From Marsupella aquatica (Eukaryota; Plantae; Marchantiophyta), in contig CCZZQB010000055.1 in assembly GCA_973895155.1 (NCBI GenBank), positions 1 through 64,000 on the forward strand: a stretch of DNA of 64,000 bases, in the 5' to 3' direction. Under the pieces are notes generated by a model. It saw only the letters and a program-made list of their open reading frames with translations, searched no databases and had not been told where the DNA came from. This document shows positions 29,898 through 41,863 of this stretch, piece after piece. The translations under genes were made by a program, and so were the position numbers. The number at the start of each line of letters is the position of its first letter. The stretch's first letter is position 1.

Positions 29898-30225
29898 AAA
29901 ATGTACACTTTTTAGGCCAAATGTACTCTTTATTGCACTCAAAGCTACACTTTCTAGACTAAATGCACTGAAATGTACACTTTTTAAGCCAAATGTATCT
30001 TTTTTTCACTCAAATGTACACTTTCTAGGCCAAATGTACTAAAATGTACACTTTTTAAGCCAAATGTACATATTTGGATGCTCAAATGTACACTTTTCAT
30101 TGCCCAAATATACACTCTTTAGACCAATTGTACACTTTTTTATCCCCAAATGTACACTTTTCATTGGTCAAATGTACACTTTTCCAAGCCCAAAAGTACA
30201 CTTTTCATTGCCCAAATGTACATAA
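29898..30225 (+). repeat. Right subterminal repeats AAATGTACACTTT (~16 copies, mostly 22-bp period)
   Basis: Starts include 30062, 30084, 30106, 30126, 30148, 30170, 30192 and 30214. Confidence 0.85.
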
Positions 30226-30235
30226 ATCAAATAAT

Positions 30236-30261
30236 AATACACTTTTAATGAATAGGCTGAT
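30236..30261 (-). repeat. Right terminal inverted repeat (26 bp)
   Basis: AATACACTTTTAATGAATAGGCTGAT, followed by the ATAT target duplication. Confidence 0.92.
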
Positions 30262-30265
30262 ATAT

Positions 30266-31721
30266 TCTTTCCTCTGGCCTCCCGCCGTGCCTTGTACCAG
30301 GCGAGGATAATGGCGATATGACTCCCCAAGTAAGTCTTCCCTCCAATAGCCATACCACCCTGAGCCCGCTTCAGCTCCCCCGAGAATCTTCGGTAGAAGA
30401 ATTGGGCCTAGTTTCGTCGTTTGTACTGTTCCACCTGCACTATCGTGCAGAGGGAAATCTCGGATCGTGGCTCAATCATGTGTAGGGTAGTCCGTATGAA
30501 GTTAAGCCGCTCCATACAGGTTAAGTTGGTGCACGCCCCCTGCTTGTATCCGTTGTCCGTCTTACCCTCGGGTTTGAAGTGCCGCGGCGTATACTCCTTA
30601 TCCCGAATTCGGATTTCCACCGGCACCGGCCCGGTTGGTAGGCCAAAAATTTGCGTTAACCGATGCTCCGTGAGTGATAAGGTCTGCCCCGAAACCTTGG
30701 TGGTTGACGCATCAGTGTCGAAATTGGAGATGAACTTACAAATCTCCTTCGGCCCGGCGGCGCACGGCCTCCATAGTAGGTGGGCGAACCGCTCCAACTG
30801 ATGCTCCTTGAGATAGTCCGCATGTTCGAGTTTCTTGATCGCGATCCAGACTACCTCGGGGACGCGGATTACCTGTAATAAGTTGGACTTCGGGTTATCC
30901 GGGGGCCGTCGGGTCTGGTTGGTCGGGGGGTTTGCCGGGGCAGGTGCAGGCGCGGCGTCGGTCCGTGTTGATTCGGGGGCCGTCGTAGTCCTTGACCGCT
31001 TACGAGGATGCTGTTCGAGTTGCGGACTAGCTCGCTCGAAACCCGAAGAACACTCCGCGTTGATTACTGGACGGACTTGGGACTGGTTTGGCGGTACTCC
31101 GGTGGTCATCGGTTGAGGCGCTGGGGTAGCCATATCCCAGTTGAAGGCGTTGGAGCTTTCCCCGAGGAACGTGAGATTACGCGCCGCTTCCCGTTGTCTG
31201 CTGATGTCTTCTTGGCACTTTTCGGCTGCGATCTGCTGGTCTAGGTACCCCGGGATCTTGTCGAACTCCGCTTGAGTAAGCCGCTGGTTGCCCTTCAGCT
31301 TAAAGAACTTAGCTGGAACCTCAAGAATCGCCTCTACTACCGATCTAAGCCCTTCCTCGCTGAGATATAGTTCGGTGATGTAGTCTCGCAGCTCGTTATA
31401 GCTAGAATCCCTGGTGATGGCTGTCCTTTCGCAATTAACCAGTGCTACCTTGGTTACCAGCTTCGCGTACCTTCGTTCGTAAGCGGCTTTCTCGGGGCAA
31501 GAGTACCAGTAAGTCTCGGAGAACTTAGCACCTACCTCGCCAAACAAGGTCCAAAATCCCAAGGCTGTGAGGGTCATACTAACCTCGTAGTCCAGTTCGT
31601 TGCGTCCACGTTCCCACCTGGCTGGTCCTTTTTCGCGGAGGCCTCGCTCGTCCTGACTAAATCTTGCCACATTCCGCTCTTCTCCCTCGATAATTTCCTC
31701 GTAAAGGTCGACTGGATTCAA
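30266..31721 (-). pseudogene. Family C LTR-encoded ORF (N-terminal part)
   Basis: ORF 30408..31721 (FAHLLW..KFISNF..QIFGLPTG..DNGY..C). It continues in frame after a single TGG>TAG at 30408-30410 (W in family B), then is interrupted by the Sola element. Confidence 0.8.
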
Positions 31722-32130
31722 TCAAAAGGGCGAGCGGATGGCAGCGTCCGTGAATTCCAAAAAAAGGTGAACGTGAGCGAATGGCCCGCAGTGCCATCAG
31801 CTCCTCTCTTATGGGGGTGCCCGGACGAGCCCGAGCGTGAGAAGGTCAGGCCGTTTGGTCATTGATAACGAGCTGAAGTCGGCGTCTCGGTCCAAGCGTG
31901 ATTCTTCTAACTGATTTTTACTCCGCTGCCGCCACCGTACCTCGGTCGTGTGTAATAATCCCTTTCCTGAACTTGTAATTATTCGGTTATCTTAACCTAC
32001 TCCTAATCTAATCATAATGGCAACTTGACGGCTATACGTGCTATTCTACGCTATGGCTACGGTCCTAATGACCGTATAAGTCCTAATCTACGACCTGGGT
32101 TCGGTCAAGTGACACGTTACCCGTGTCACA
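30266..32130 (-). mobile_element. Family C LTR, 5' part (continues at 16803-16142), inserted in the family B 3' LTR
   Basis: Begins TGTGACACG at 32130, exactly where family B LTR homology to 50181-50200 breaks. Carries an ORF homologous to the family A and B LTR ORFs. Confidence 0.8.
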
Positions 32131-34406
32131 CCAGCCCTTGAGGTAAGTCGGTTGAAGGAGCTGGTCCCACTGGAGGTGGGTGGTTCTCCTGCACAACCGC
32201 AGGGGGTGGAGGAATCTTCCCGGCTACCGTGGCATCTGCTTTGGGTACGGATTCATCCGGCCCGGCTTCGATGGCATTGTCCCGATTGATCGCATCTAAG
32301 GTTGCAATAACGTCAATGGGTATGCCTGGCGGGGCGGCAGCGGTGGGTTGTGCACGACTTGCAGTTGCCAGACTTTGGGCCTTGGGCTGCGGTCGCCTTA
32401 CCTGGACTGGGAACACCCATTTTGGTGGGGTCAGCTCGGGCTCGTTGAGACGCGGGAGGCTCCGGCGGTCAAAACAAGCGTACCACTCGAGGATGATTTC
32501 AATGTGGCTAGCGAAGTACGTCCTCCCACCAAGGTACAAAGTCTTCCTTCTCCGCTCCATCTCCTCGTGGAACTTCTTGACGAAGCAGGACGCCCACTTC
32601 CTGGGCCGATAGTTCTCCACCTGGATGACCTGGGCGGCCGATATTTCTCCTCTGGGTTCCATCATGTGGAGGGCATACCGCTAGAACTCTAGGCGTTTTG
32701 CTACCTCCAGGATGAGGCACGTCCTCATTAAGAACCCATTGTCCACTACCCCCTCGGCCGGGAAGCTAGATGACTGGTATTTAGTTCCCTTGCCCCCTGG
32801 AGCCCGCGACTCTACCCGGTTTATCCCCTCGGGTAAGCCAAAAATCATCTTCAGACGTGCCTCATCGAGGCACATCACTCTCCCGTGCGCTCGAGTTTGT
32901 TGGCAGGCCTCGTCAAAGTTCTGAATGAACTCCGTCATATCCTGCCCGTAATACCTGCTTCCGTTCCAAGGGAGAGAGGCGAGGTGCTCAAACCCCTGGG
33001 TCTTTAGATAGCATGCATGCTTGGGGTGGAGGATGTTCTTGTGAACATTGTCCCCCATGTGATGCATGGTCAGCTTGGCTACCGCAACTGTGGCCAAAGG
33101 CAACCCGGATACGGCTGCAGGCTCCTTCCTCTTCCTACCCCGAGACTGATTACCGGGGTGACTAGAAGAAGGGGACATCTCTCCTTCCTCTCGGTCAGGT
33201 GGTGGTAGCGCAACTGCCGTGAGTATTGGTGCCGGGGCCGCTAGCGTTACCGTGTTATCCCCTTGGGCTTGCTGGAGTGGTGCTGGGTTGTTCGTACCCC
33301 GCGGCCGTCAATTCAGAGGAGGGTGAGCCTCCTCATCTTTGAAGCTGATATTTACCGCATTCACCATGGATCATACTCGGAGAGGTGGTGGAACCGGTGG
33401 CGGGGACCGGCTTGGCTGAGGCCGAGGAGGTGTAGGTGCGGGTACGGGCACGGGTTGGTCGGCACTGGTCGTTGATGGTAGAGTTGCCATGAAGTTTTGC
33501 AAGTGCCGGTGGAGGTTTTCCGACGCAAGTGAAGATGGTCCTGTCGACCGGGTAGTGTTGAACTCGCCATTGATGATAGCCCAGACCCAAGCGGGGATGT
33601 GGTCAAAGTGGTGCCGTTGCAAGTTGATCGTGCCCGGAATATTGAAGACCTCATCCGGAAGCCGAAGCAATGCCTCCCAGAAGCCGCTGTATTTGCCTCT
33701 GTCAAAGAAGTACCCTGATACCTCTTCAGGTCGGTAAAGCTCGCTGTGGGACGCGTACTCAAAGTTAAGGAGATAGTGGTGGCGTCCTGCTAGGCGGATG
33801 ACTCTCGTATTCGCGTTCGATCTCATATCAGCGCAGGTTGGCATGTTTCAATGAGTCGGCCAAGTGCCCTCCGATAGACAAGAATTGAGTCCAGAATTGT
33901 ATGGCCGAACTGGAAAGGATTGTGTGCGACATTCAGAGGAGATAGCAGGTGACTAAGAAAAAGCGAGAGAGCTGGGATCAAAGCTGGCGCGTGGACTGGA
34001 GAGCTGGTGCACTGCAAAGGATCGGCCCCTCTTTTATACCCTGAGAGCTCATCGATCGCCCGATGCCTCCTCGTCGCTTATAGGCCGAGCCTTTCACGCT
34101 CGTAGTGTACTGGCCCCTTTGCCAGTCCAGGTCAGCTCGTGTTAGTGGCCGCCTCCCAAAGTTTGTTATACGGACCCGAGGGAGGGGGAAAAAGGGCCCA
34201 TTACATGCTCGCAACCTGGGCGTGCGAATGGCGACCTGCCGCCAGCCCGAACATGAATTCCCCTTATTGACTAATGATTTCCTACTCATAATGGCTACCT
34301 AAATACTATCGTTATGCTAATAATAATGGCCTAAGATACCCCTAATGCGCGTGCTAAGCGCGGTTAGACCGAATTACTCATTACCTGCTGTACCGGCGGC
34401 GTCACA
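32131..34406 (-). repeat. Partial 3' LTR of element B with LTR-ORF remnants
   Basis: Starts TGTGACGCC at 34406 right after the PPT. Roughly 90% similar by eye to 52480-50190. ORF pieces 33371..33844, 32681..33178 and 32126..32665. Confidence 0.88.
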
Positions 34407-34478
34407 TAGCTCCCTGCTTAATTGTGAAGCGTCCTCGAAAACATCACTCTCGGCGTTGTCATCTTGATGGTGGTACTT
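34407..34478 (-). other. Integrase C-terminal tail and PPT of element B
   Basis: Minus strand reads KYHHQDDNAESDVFEDASQLSRELCDA, homologous to the element A pol end EDASQLSGELCDA. PPT AATTAAGCAGGGAGCTA. Confidence 0.85.
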
Positions 34479-37400
34479 TGTAGCAAGGTGATAAAGAGAT
34501 AAATGACTATTTACTCCTTAACAACTCGATTTCATTCCCGTTAGGAGTGGATAAGATCGAAAAGACTGAATTAACACAATTTGAGAAGTTTACACCAACA
34601 TTCTTAGGTTGGAGAGATTTCTAATGATCTCCTTAACATAAGTGTTTAACCACAAACTCAAGTGGGTAATCCTTAGGATTCACAGTGCAATAATAAAGAC
34701 TAGAATTAACAAAGATTGAAACTAGAGAGAGAGTAGATAGGAGTTTTCAAAGTGCAAGGGAATTGAATTTCTGACCATCACCACTCCTTCAATAAGGATT
34801 ATGGCCTAATTTAAGATTCAGAAATCAACATTTTCTATGCTTTTTGATTTCTCGTAGCAACTCTTCTCCATCTATTGAATTTAGAAGACAACAATGTAAA
34901 TCAAACAGGGACACTTTTCTGGTCTTGCTTAAGACGGTACTCGGATACTCGAATTGGTTTACTTCTCCTACAATCCTTAAGATTGCTTGTTTGAGTTTTG
35001 TGCAAATGTCAATTTCCTCTTTGGTGAATCTTCCAAATGTATTGATCACAAATCTCATTGATCTTCCAATATCATTATAGGCACACTCTAGTATTCATTG
35101 AACATTTCACAACAACTCAAGGGTTGCTAAACTTCTTCCTTTTACTTAACCATGGTAAAAAGAAGGGAAGAAAAGGCATAGATTTCTCCAAAATCAAAAT
35201 GGGGAAATCAAATGTATCTCTCTCCTCCCGGTTGACTTTGGGTCCTCCTCCTTTTGTACTAAAAGTGGAGATTATGAAAAGACATGCCTATTCAAAACCC
35301 AAGTCTAAAGAAATATGTAAATAAAAGTGAACTATCCTAGTCAAAAATGGAGTAGAGTCTCCAATGGATACATCAACAAAATACTGGAGTCTACTTACTC
35401 ATATACTAATCTATATAGTTATTTCTAAGTCTAAACTAATGTGGCTCTAACTCTCTAAATATAACTCTATTCTGGTCCTAGCTTTTGAGAAGGAACCTCC
35501 TCAGGGTTAGCCATGGCAAGGGGTTCTGGTCGAAGGAAAACTCCCTGCTGACCAGTGGTAAAAGGGATGGACGGGTCAATATCCATGTTCTCATGATGGG
35601 CACTTGGGTCATGAGAATAAGTGTAAGAATGGGAGTGGAAGTGTGTACTGGGAGTGGGGAAACCAGGAGGGTTGAGGGGTGATGAGGGGTCAGTGGAATA
35701 GACTCCTTCATGAGGACTAGGAGAGAAAGATCTGGTAGTAAAGGGAGGAATCTCAGTATCAGCTAATAGCTCCTCAGTAGTCAAGTCACTCATCTCCCTT
35801 AAGGCTTCACAGGTCTTTGAGAGGCCTGTAAGTGCATCATCCACCTTGGTACTCACATCTACCACTAAATGGTTAATCTTGGAGAAAAGGATGGGTGTGG
35901 TGTTCTTGGCCAAATACTCATCATAAATTTGGGCCTTAAGAAGATCCAGAGAAGCTATCTTGGTCAAAGGCTCAATCAGATCCAAAGATTGAGTGATACT
36001 GAGTTGGAGAGTATGCTCAAGCTCATTCTTCTTCTTACTCCTTTCCAACTGCTGTTTGAGTTCAGATACCTTCTTCTTGAGGAACTCATTCTCCTTCTCT
36101 AACTTCCTCTTATCTGTGGTATCACTCATGGTGGAGATCTTCTCAAGAATCTGCCCTGGTTTCACTCCTAACTTCTGAGAAATGTCAGTGAATGATGGCC
36201 TTCTCCATCACAGTGGTCTTCCTCTTCACCTTCTGGAATGTGTCTGAGATGATCTGGAAATCAGCTAGGGTGTCTAGGGAGGCATGGCCGGGTGCATCCG
36301 GAAATTCAGCCGGGTCGAAGAAGGCCGGGTCGGAAAAGTCCGGGTCGAGGTTCCGGGCAGCAGACCGGGTCTTTCGAGGATTTGTCTCTGCTGGCTCCTC
36401 ATCCTCACTGTCATCAGAGGTGGCCTGGGTGATATCTGGATCTGTCTCTCCATACTTTATGAAGTTGAACTTGGCCAATAGTAATTTCTTCTCCTCTCTG
36501 AACAAAACTCCTTCAAAGCTATATAGATGTACCAGGTACCAGGTAGCAGGAGAGGGGAGTAGGACTCTTGTTGGATAGGTTCTGTACCAACTTCCTTATC
36601 AAATCAAAGATAAGCTTAGCCCAGTTGACTTTTCTTTCTCCCTTGTAAGCAGCAACAATGGTAGAGCCAACTCCAACAGTAACTCTTCTTGGCTTCTCAG
36701 GGTACGGCAGGGGTAGCAAAAAGCTGAAGACTTGTCTCAGATCAGGATCCAAACACTTAGAAACATTGAACCCGTCCTTACTGTTGATGGCTCCTTTGAA
36801 GTAAGGGAGGATTAGATTGACAGCTCTCCCCACTGGACCTTCTCCTTCATCTTCCAATACAAAAGCTCCTACAATCATCATCTGAGTCCATCGCTCAGGT
36901 CGGCCTCTGAAGGTATCCTTAAACTCAGCCGGATACTCCTTGGATCGGATCTCTCTGATCATATCTTCGCTCTGATAACTCCAGGGTAGCTCCATCAGAG
37001 ACTCACAGCCCATCCTGAGCAAAGACTCCCTCAGTTTGACCTTCTCAGCTTCACTGTCCGGAATAGTTGGCCTCAGAATTTTCATGGCAATAGGGACCTC
37101 CTTTCTCTTCGATCGTCTCACAGGGGCTTTAACCGGAGTAGATGCAGGTGATGTTGAGGTTGAATGCCCCTTAGAGACGCGAGAAGTGGACATTCCGGCT
37201 GGATCCGCCCCTTGCTCCATAGGATTTTTGGAAGCAGAAAATTGATTTTTGGTAAATGTTCTGCCTCCTCTACGGCAAGCTCTACAATGATGCGACTTCA
37301 GAATGTTCAATCTCTTCGATTTCGACCACTGGTAGAAATGTCTGGGTCGACCTGGCCGCAGCGTTTCTGATCAACTGAAAATCGTTTCGGAAGAATTGCA

Positions 37401-38089
37401 TCAAGATTTCGTCAACCACAATGCAGGGTCATTTAACGTGGGGAAAATCTAGACTCAATCGGGCCTGAAATAGTGATGTCCGGGTCGACCTGGCCTCCCT
37501 TCTCACAACCGATGTATCCACTATCAGGATCTCAAACTTCCTGCCTTCACTTCCACCGGTGGAGTAGGCATTCCCCTCACAACGAATCAGTCAGTTCCCT
37601 CATATCCAGGCTCTCATCATGCAATGCAAGATTGGTCCTATAATCAGGACCCAAGATCCTCTACCAAAAAGGTAGAGCCTCCTCACTCTACTGCTTAAAC
37701 AGTCTAATGCGCTCGGGAGCTCAAAACCTACTAAGTTTGGCTTTGAGAGGTGTGAGAGGCCGGATCGACTCTCCTTCCTTATATCCGGATTCTACTGTGG
37801 TCGTGCCTATGTTTGACTTATGGTTTTAAAAACTTTGGCAATGGACAGCTGTTGTTGAGTAGAGTCTCGGTATAAGTTTTATATCTCATTCCAGGCTTAT
37901 AGTAAAAAGTTCCGGGTCGATCCTCCTTCTCTAATATCAATCCGGGTTGACCTCAGATCAGCTTGAAAGTCTCATAACATTTCAAAGTAGTCTTCAGGTC
38001 CCTCTTCAGCCTTATTTAAGATCTTAAATGTAAAAATTCTAAAATTTATGGTTAGTTAACCCTTCTTTCATAAACATCCTTATCTCACA
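34479..38089 (-). mobile_element. Solo LTR of family D (3611 bp) inserted in the element B integrase
   Basis: TG...CA termini and 5-bp TSD TACTT at 34474-34478 and 38090-38094. Removal restores DRVKKY|HHQDD. Confidence 0.88.
35467..37310 (-). pseudogene. Family D LTR-encoded ORF remnants (TE-protein domain plus coiled coil)
   Basis: ORFs 36519..37310 (GCESLMELPW..KDGFNVSKC..FSFLLP..YPEKP), 36185..36505 and 35467..36165 (heptad-rich). Confidence 0.7.
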
Positions 38090-41000
38090 TACTTCTTCAC
38101 ACGATCGTAACTGACTCGCGTGGGTAGTAAATCGCCGGCGTACGTTGCAAGTTCCAAAGATCCGTTAGGGTAGATCTGATTGACTTGGAAAGGCCCTAGC
38201 CAACGGGTATGAAGCTTCCCCGGAAACTGCATGTACCTACTATCGTACAACAAGACTAGATTGCCTGTCACGACGTCGACCTTCCGTAGTCCTTTGTCGT
38301 GCTGCTTCTTGGAAGCTACCTGCTGTTTGATGACTGTCGAGCTGCCAATAGCCGTGCTTCTTCTAATGCTTCAATTTGATAAGCTCTGTCTGACAAACTT
38401 TCAGCTTCGGGTAAGCGATCCCGAATGCTTACCCGGGGAGTGTGGACTTCAAACTCAATTGGTACCAAAGAATGTTGGCCGAACACGAGAAAGTACGGGC
38501 TGTGACTCGTAGTAGTCTTGTAAGCCAGATTATACAAATACACCGCTGCGTACAACTTGTCATCCCAATCCATTTTGTTCGTGGCTACTGTCTTGTTGAG
38601 GATCTTCCCGATGATACCATTGGCTCTCTCTGTCAGCCCGTTGGCTTTAGGATGATACGGGGTAGTCTTGCGGTGCTTGACTAGGTAACGCTCCGTAAGC
38701 TGGGCTACGGTGTCATTGAGGAAGTGTGTTCCATGGTCGCTTACTAACTCCAAGGGCGGCCCAAACCGGGTGAAGATTTGCTCGTATAAGAACCTGGCGG
38801 TGGTTGCAGCATCGTCCTTTACCGTAGCCCGTGCTTTGACCCATTTGGTGGAGTAATCTATAGCTAGCAGGATGTACCTGCATCTTCGTTGTCGGGTAAC
38901 GGGAGTGAACGGTCTGATATAATCAATACCCCACTTTTTGAAAGGTGCCAAGGGAAGCACGGACGTGAGAGGGTGATGATGAGATCGTCTTGGGGCCCCA
39001 GCCCGCTGACACAGGTCATAGCCCTTGATGAAACGCTGTATATCCTGATGCAACGTAGGCCACCAATACCCTGAATCCAGAATCTTTCGGGTTGTCATGA
39101 TAGCCACGAAATGGCCTCCAGCTTCTTCTTCATGCAAGGCCCGCATAACGATAAGCATCTCCTTGTACTCTAAGCAACATCATAGCTTCCCATTAACTCC
39201 TTGCTTGTGTAGGTGGCCCTGTATCATGACGTATGGCCCGGCCTTTCGTAAAAACACAGCAGCAACCTCCTGATTGATGCCGTCGGGGATGCGGCCTGTT
39301 AAGAGGAAGGTGATTATTGAGCCGTACCATGTCGTCGTTCCCACCCCTACGTGGAATAACTCCTCGTCCGGAAAAGTATCATTAATTGGCTGATCGACTG
39401 GTACGCCGTCCAACCTTGAAAAGAAGTTGGCATTGAGATGTGCCTTTCCTGGCCAAACCCAAACTTCATAGTTAAATTCCTGGAGAAGTAGCACCCACCG
39501 GGCTATCCGTCGTGTCACATCCGCTTTGTTGACCATGTACTTCAGGCTATCATGATCCGTGTGGAATATGACCTTGTAGCCAGGTAGATAGTGCCGGAAC
39601 TTCTTACATGAGTAGATTATTCCCAGAGCTTCTCGATCAGTGGGAGAATAATTTTGTTCGGCTGTGAATAGTTGACGGCTAGCAAAGTAGATGGGGTGGT
39701 CACGTCCGTCCTCATCAAGCTGACTGAGCACGGATCCGATACAGAATCCTGACACATCGACATACACATGGAACTCCTTATTCCAGTCCGGGGTGACCAT
39801 GATAGGTGCGGTGGTGAGTTGTTTACGGAGTTCTTCGAAAGCAATCCGTCTCTTGGGTGTCTCCTTGATCACCGCGTCGTTCTTCATCATCTCGGTTAAG
39901 GGCAACGCAATTTTAGCAAAATCTTTAATGAACCAACGATAGTACCCTACACAGCGCAAGAAGGATCGTACCGCTTTTTTATCTATGGGAAACACCACCG
40001 CCATCCAAGCCGCGACCTTCTCTTGGTCCACCTCCATACCCCGTTTGGACACACGATGTCCGAGTAACACTCCCTCCTCTACCCCAAAAAAACATTTGGC
40101 GGGATGTAGCTTGAGGTTAACCTCTCGGCATCGTTGTAGTGTACGTCGTAGATGTTCGGCGTGCATGGCGACGGTTCCAAAGATGGCAAAGTTGTCGATA
40201 AATATTTCCAGAAATTCCCGAGGAAATCGTGGAAGATATTCATCATGAGTCGCTGAAACATGGCCGGGGCGTTACATAGCCCAAACGGCATTCTCCGAAA
40301 TGCGAACGTCCCCCATTCCGTAGTGAACATTGTTTTGAGCTGATCTGAGAGGCGGATCCAGATTTGATTATAACCCGAATACCCGTCAAGGAATGTATAA
40401 ATTTTGTTTCGGGCTACCATATCGAGAACCATATCCGTGAATGGTAACGGGTAATGGTCTTTCCGGGTTGTGTCGTTCAACTTACGATAGTCCTGACAGA
40501 TCCGAATCTTAGGTTTTCCGTCCGTACCTCCCTTCTTTGGTACAATGACAATGGGAGAAACCCAATCGCTGCCCATTACTGGGTAGATGATATCTGCGGC
40601 GAGGAGACGATCGATTTCCTCCTTCACTAAGATGGAGTACCTCGGGTTCATGCAACGTTGCCGCTGCCATACTGCATGGGCCCCCAAGTTCAAATTGATC
40701 GTGTGTTCTCCCAACTCGAGGGAGACTCCCGTCAAATCGTGATGGCTCCATGCAAACACATCTTCATATTCCTTGAGCAGTGCTTGGATAGATTTTTCCG
40801 CCTCCCCCGTCAAAGCATGGCCCAGGTTAAAAGACTTATCCATACCAATGGTGTACTTCCAGTAGTGCTCCTTTCTTATGACTTCCACCTGGTTCCGCAA
40901 TTTTGGGTCCAGGCTCGCATCCAGCTCAGCTAACCAAACTCCTTCGTACATGGGTGGAACTAGGATCGGTTTCGAATTTGGGGTTAATTCCTCCAATTTT

Positions 41001-41830
41001 GGGATGGACGGGTCCCAGGAGACTCGTTTCTTATGTCTCGGTCTCGGGTTTTTGGCCTCGGGCAGTTGTTTGGCCGGTTCGTGGTCACTAGGCTCTGCAC
41101 TGGTAGAAGCAGCATCGGCTCCCTGCTTAGCTGGAGTCGTGTCCTCCGTATTGATGGGCCATTTTTGTGTTTCATCGGTCTGGGCGGTAGAGGTGCTCGG
41201 GGTGGACTCAATAGCAACCTTCTGGTAATTCAGGAGATGTGTTTCCCGGGTTGCCTCTACTCCGAAGACATCTTCCTCGGATAGGGACAAAATGAGTTCA
41301 ATCATATTGAGCTCCTCTTCCTCCGAGGTCTCTGAATCATATTCCTCGGGTCCCTGTGGGGTTTCACCCCGATAATCATCCAGTGCCCAAGATACTTGTA
41401 CTGTGGGTGTCCCAAACCGTAGCTCCTTTTTTCCCCAATCCGTGATTACTCGGCCACCATACAACCACAGTCTGCCCCAAAGGACCGGATAAGAGGAGGG
41501 CCGAACCAGCCTCATGACTAGGAAGTTGAGATAGAACTCCACCCCTCCAACAAGAGTGAGCACCCGAGTGAGCGTGCCCAATGGAAGGACCCTTGCCCCG
41601 TTTGCTAATTTGATAGCTCGGGCTGTGGGTTGATACGTGAGGTATCCTAACTTGACTGATGTTTCCTCAGTCATGATGTTGACTCCCGCTCCTCCGTCTA
41701 CAAGAACCATCTTGATGGTACAATTATTGATCTCAATCGAGATGTCCGGCTCTCCTAGGTCTTTGCATATCATGTTGCAGTCCGCGATCCCAACTCGGGG
41801 TAGTCGCCTTCGTCGCCAACCCGTAAGCAA
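38090..41830 (-). pseudogene. pol: Element B pol (PR-RT-RH-IN), frameshifted
   Basis: ORFs 40079..41830 (VDGGAG protease plus RT in one frame), 39180..40166 (RT end/RNase H), 38316..39158 (integrase core) and 38080..38271 (GPF module). Confidence 0.9.
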
Positions 41831-41863
41831 CTCCCTCAGTTGCCGTTTGTACTCTGGATTGTT

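Larger units (their letters stand above)
16804..30261 (+). mobile_element. 13.46-kb Sola-like (probably Sola1) DNA transposon with cargo genes
   Basis: Perfect 26-bp TIRs. ATAT duplicated at 16800-16803 and 30262-30265. Excision restores the interrupted family C reading frame. Contains a DDD transposase with Sola-type motifs. Confidence 0.85.

Noticed and set aside
16801-30264. Tc1/mariner (TA TSD) or CACTA classification of the DNA transposon
   Set aside because: A TA-TSD reading gives the same empty site and cannot be excluded from one copy, but the catalytic motifs are Sola-like rather than DD34E/D. The termini are not CACTA and there is no 3-bp TSD.
35467-37310. Extra internal ORFs between pol and the 3' LTR of element B
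   Set aside because: They lie inside a separate TSD-flanked family D insertion, and removing it restores the integrase tail directly against the PPT.
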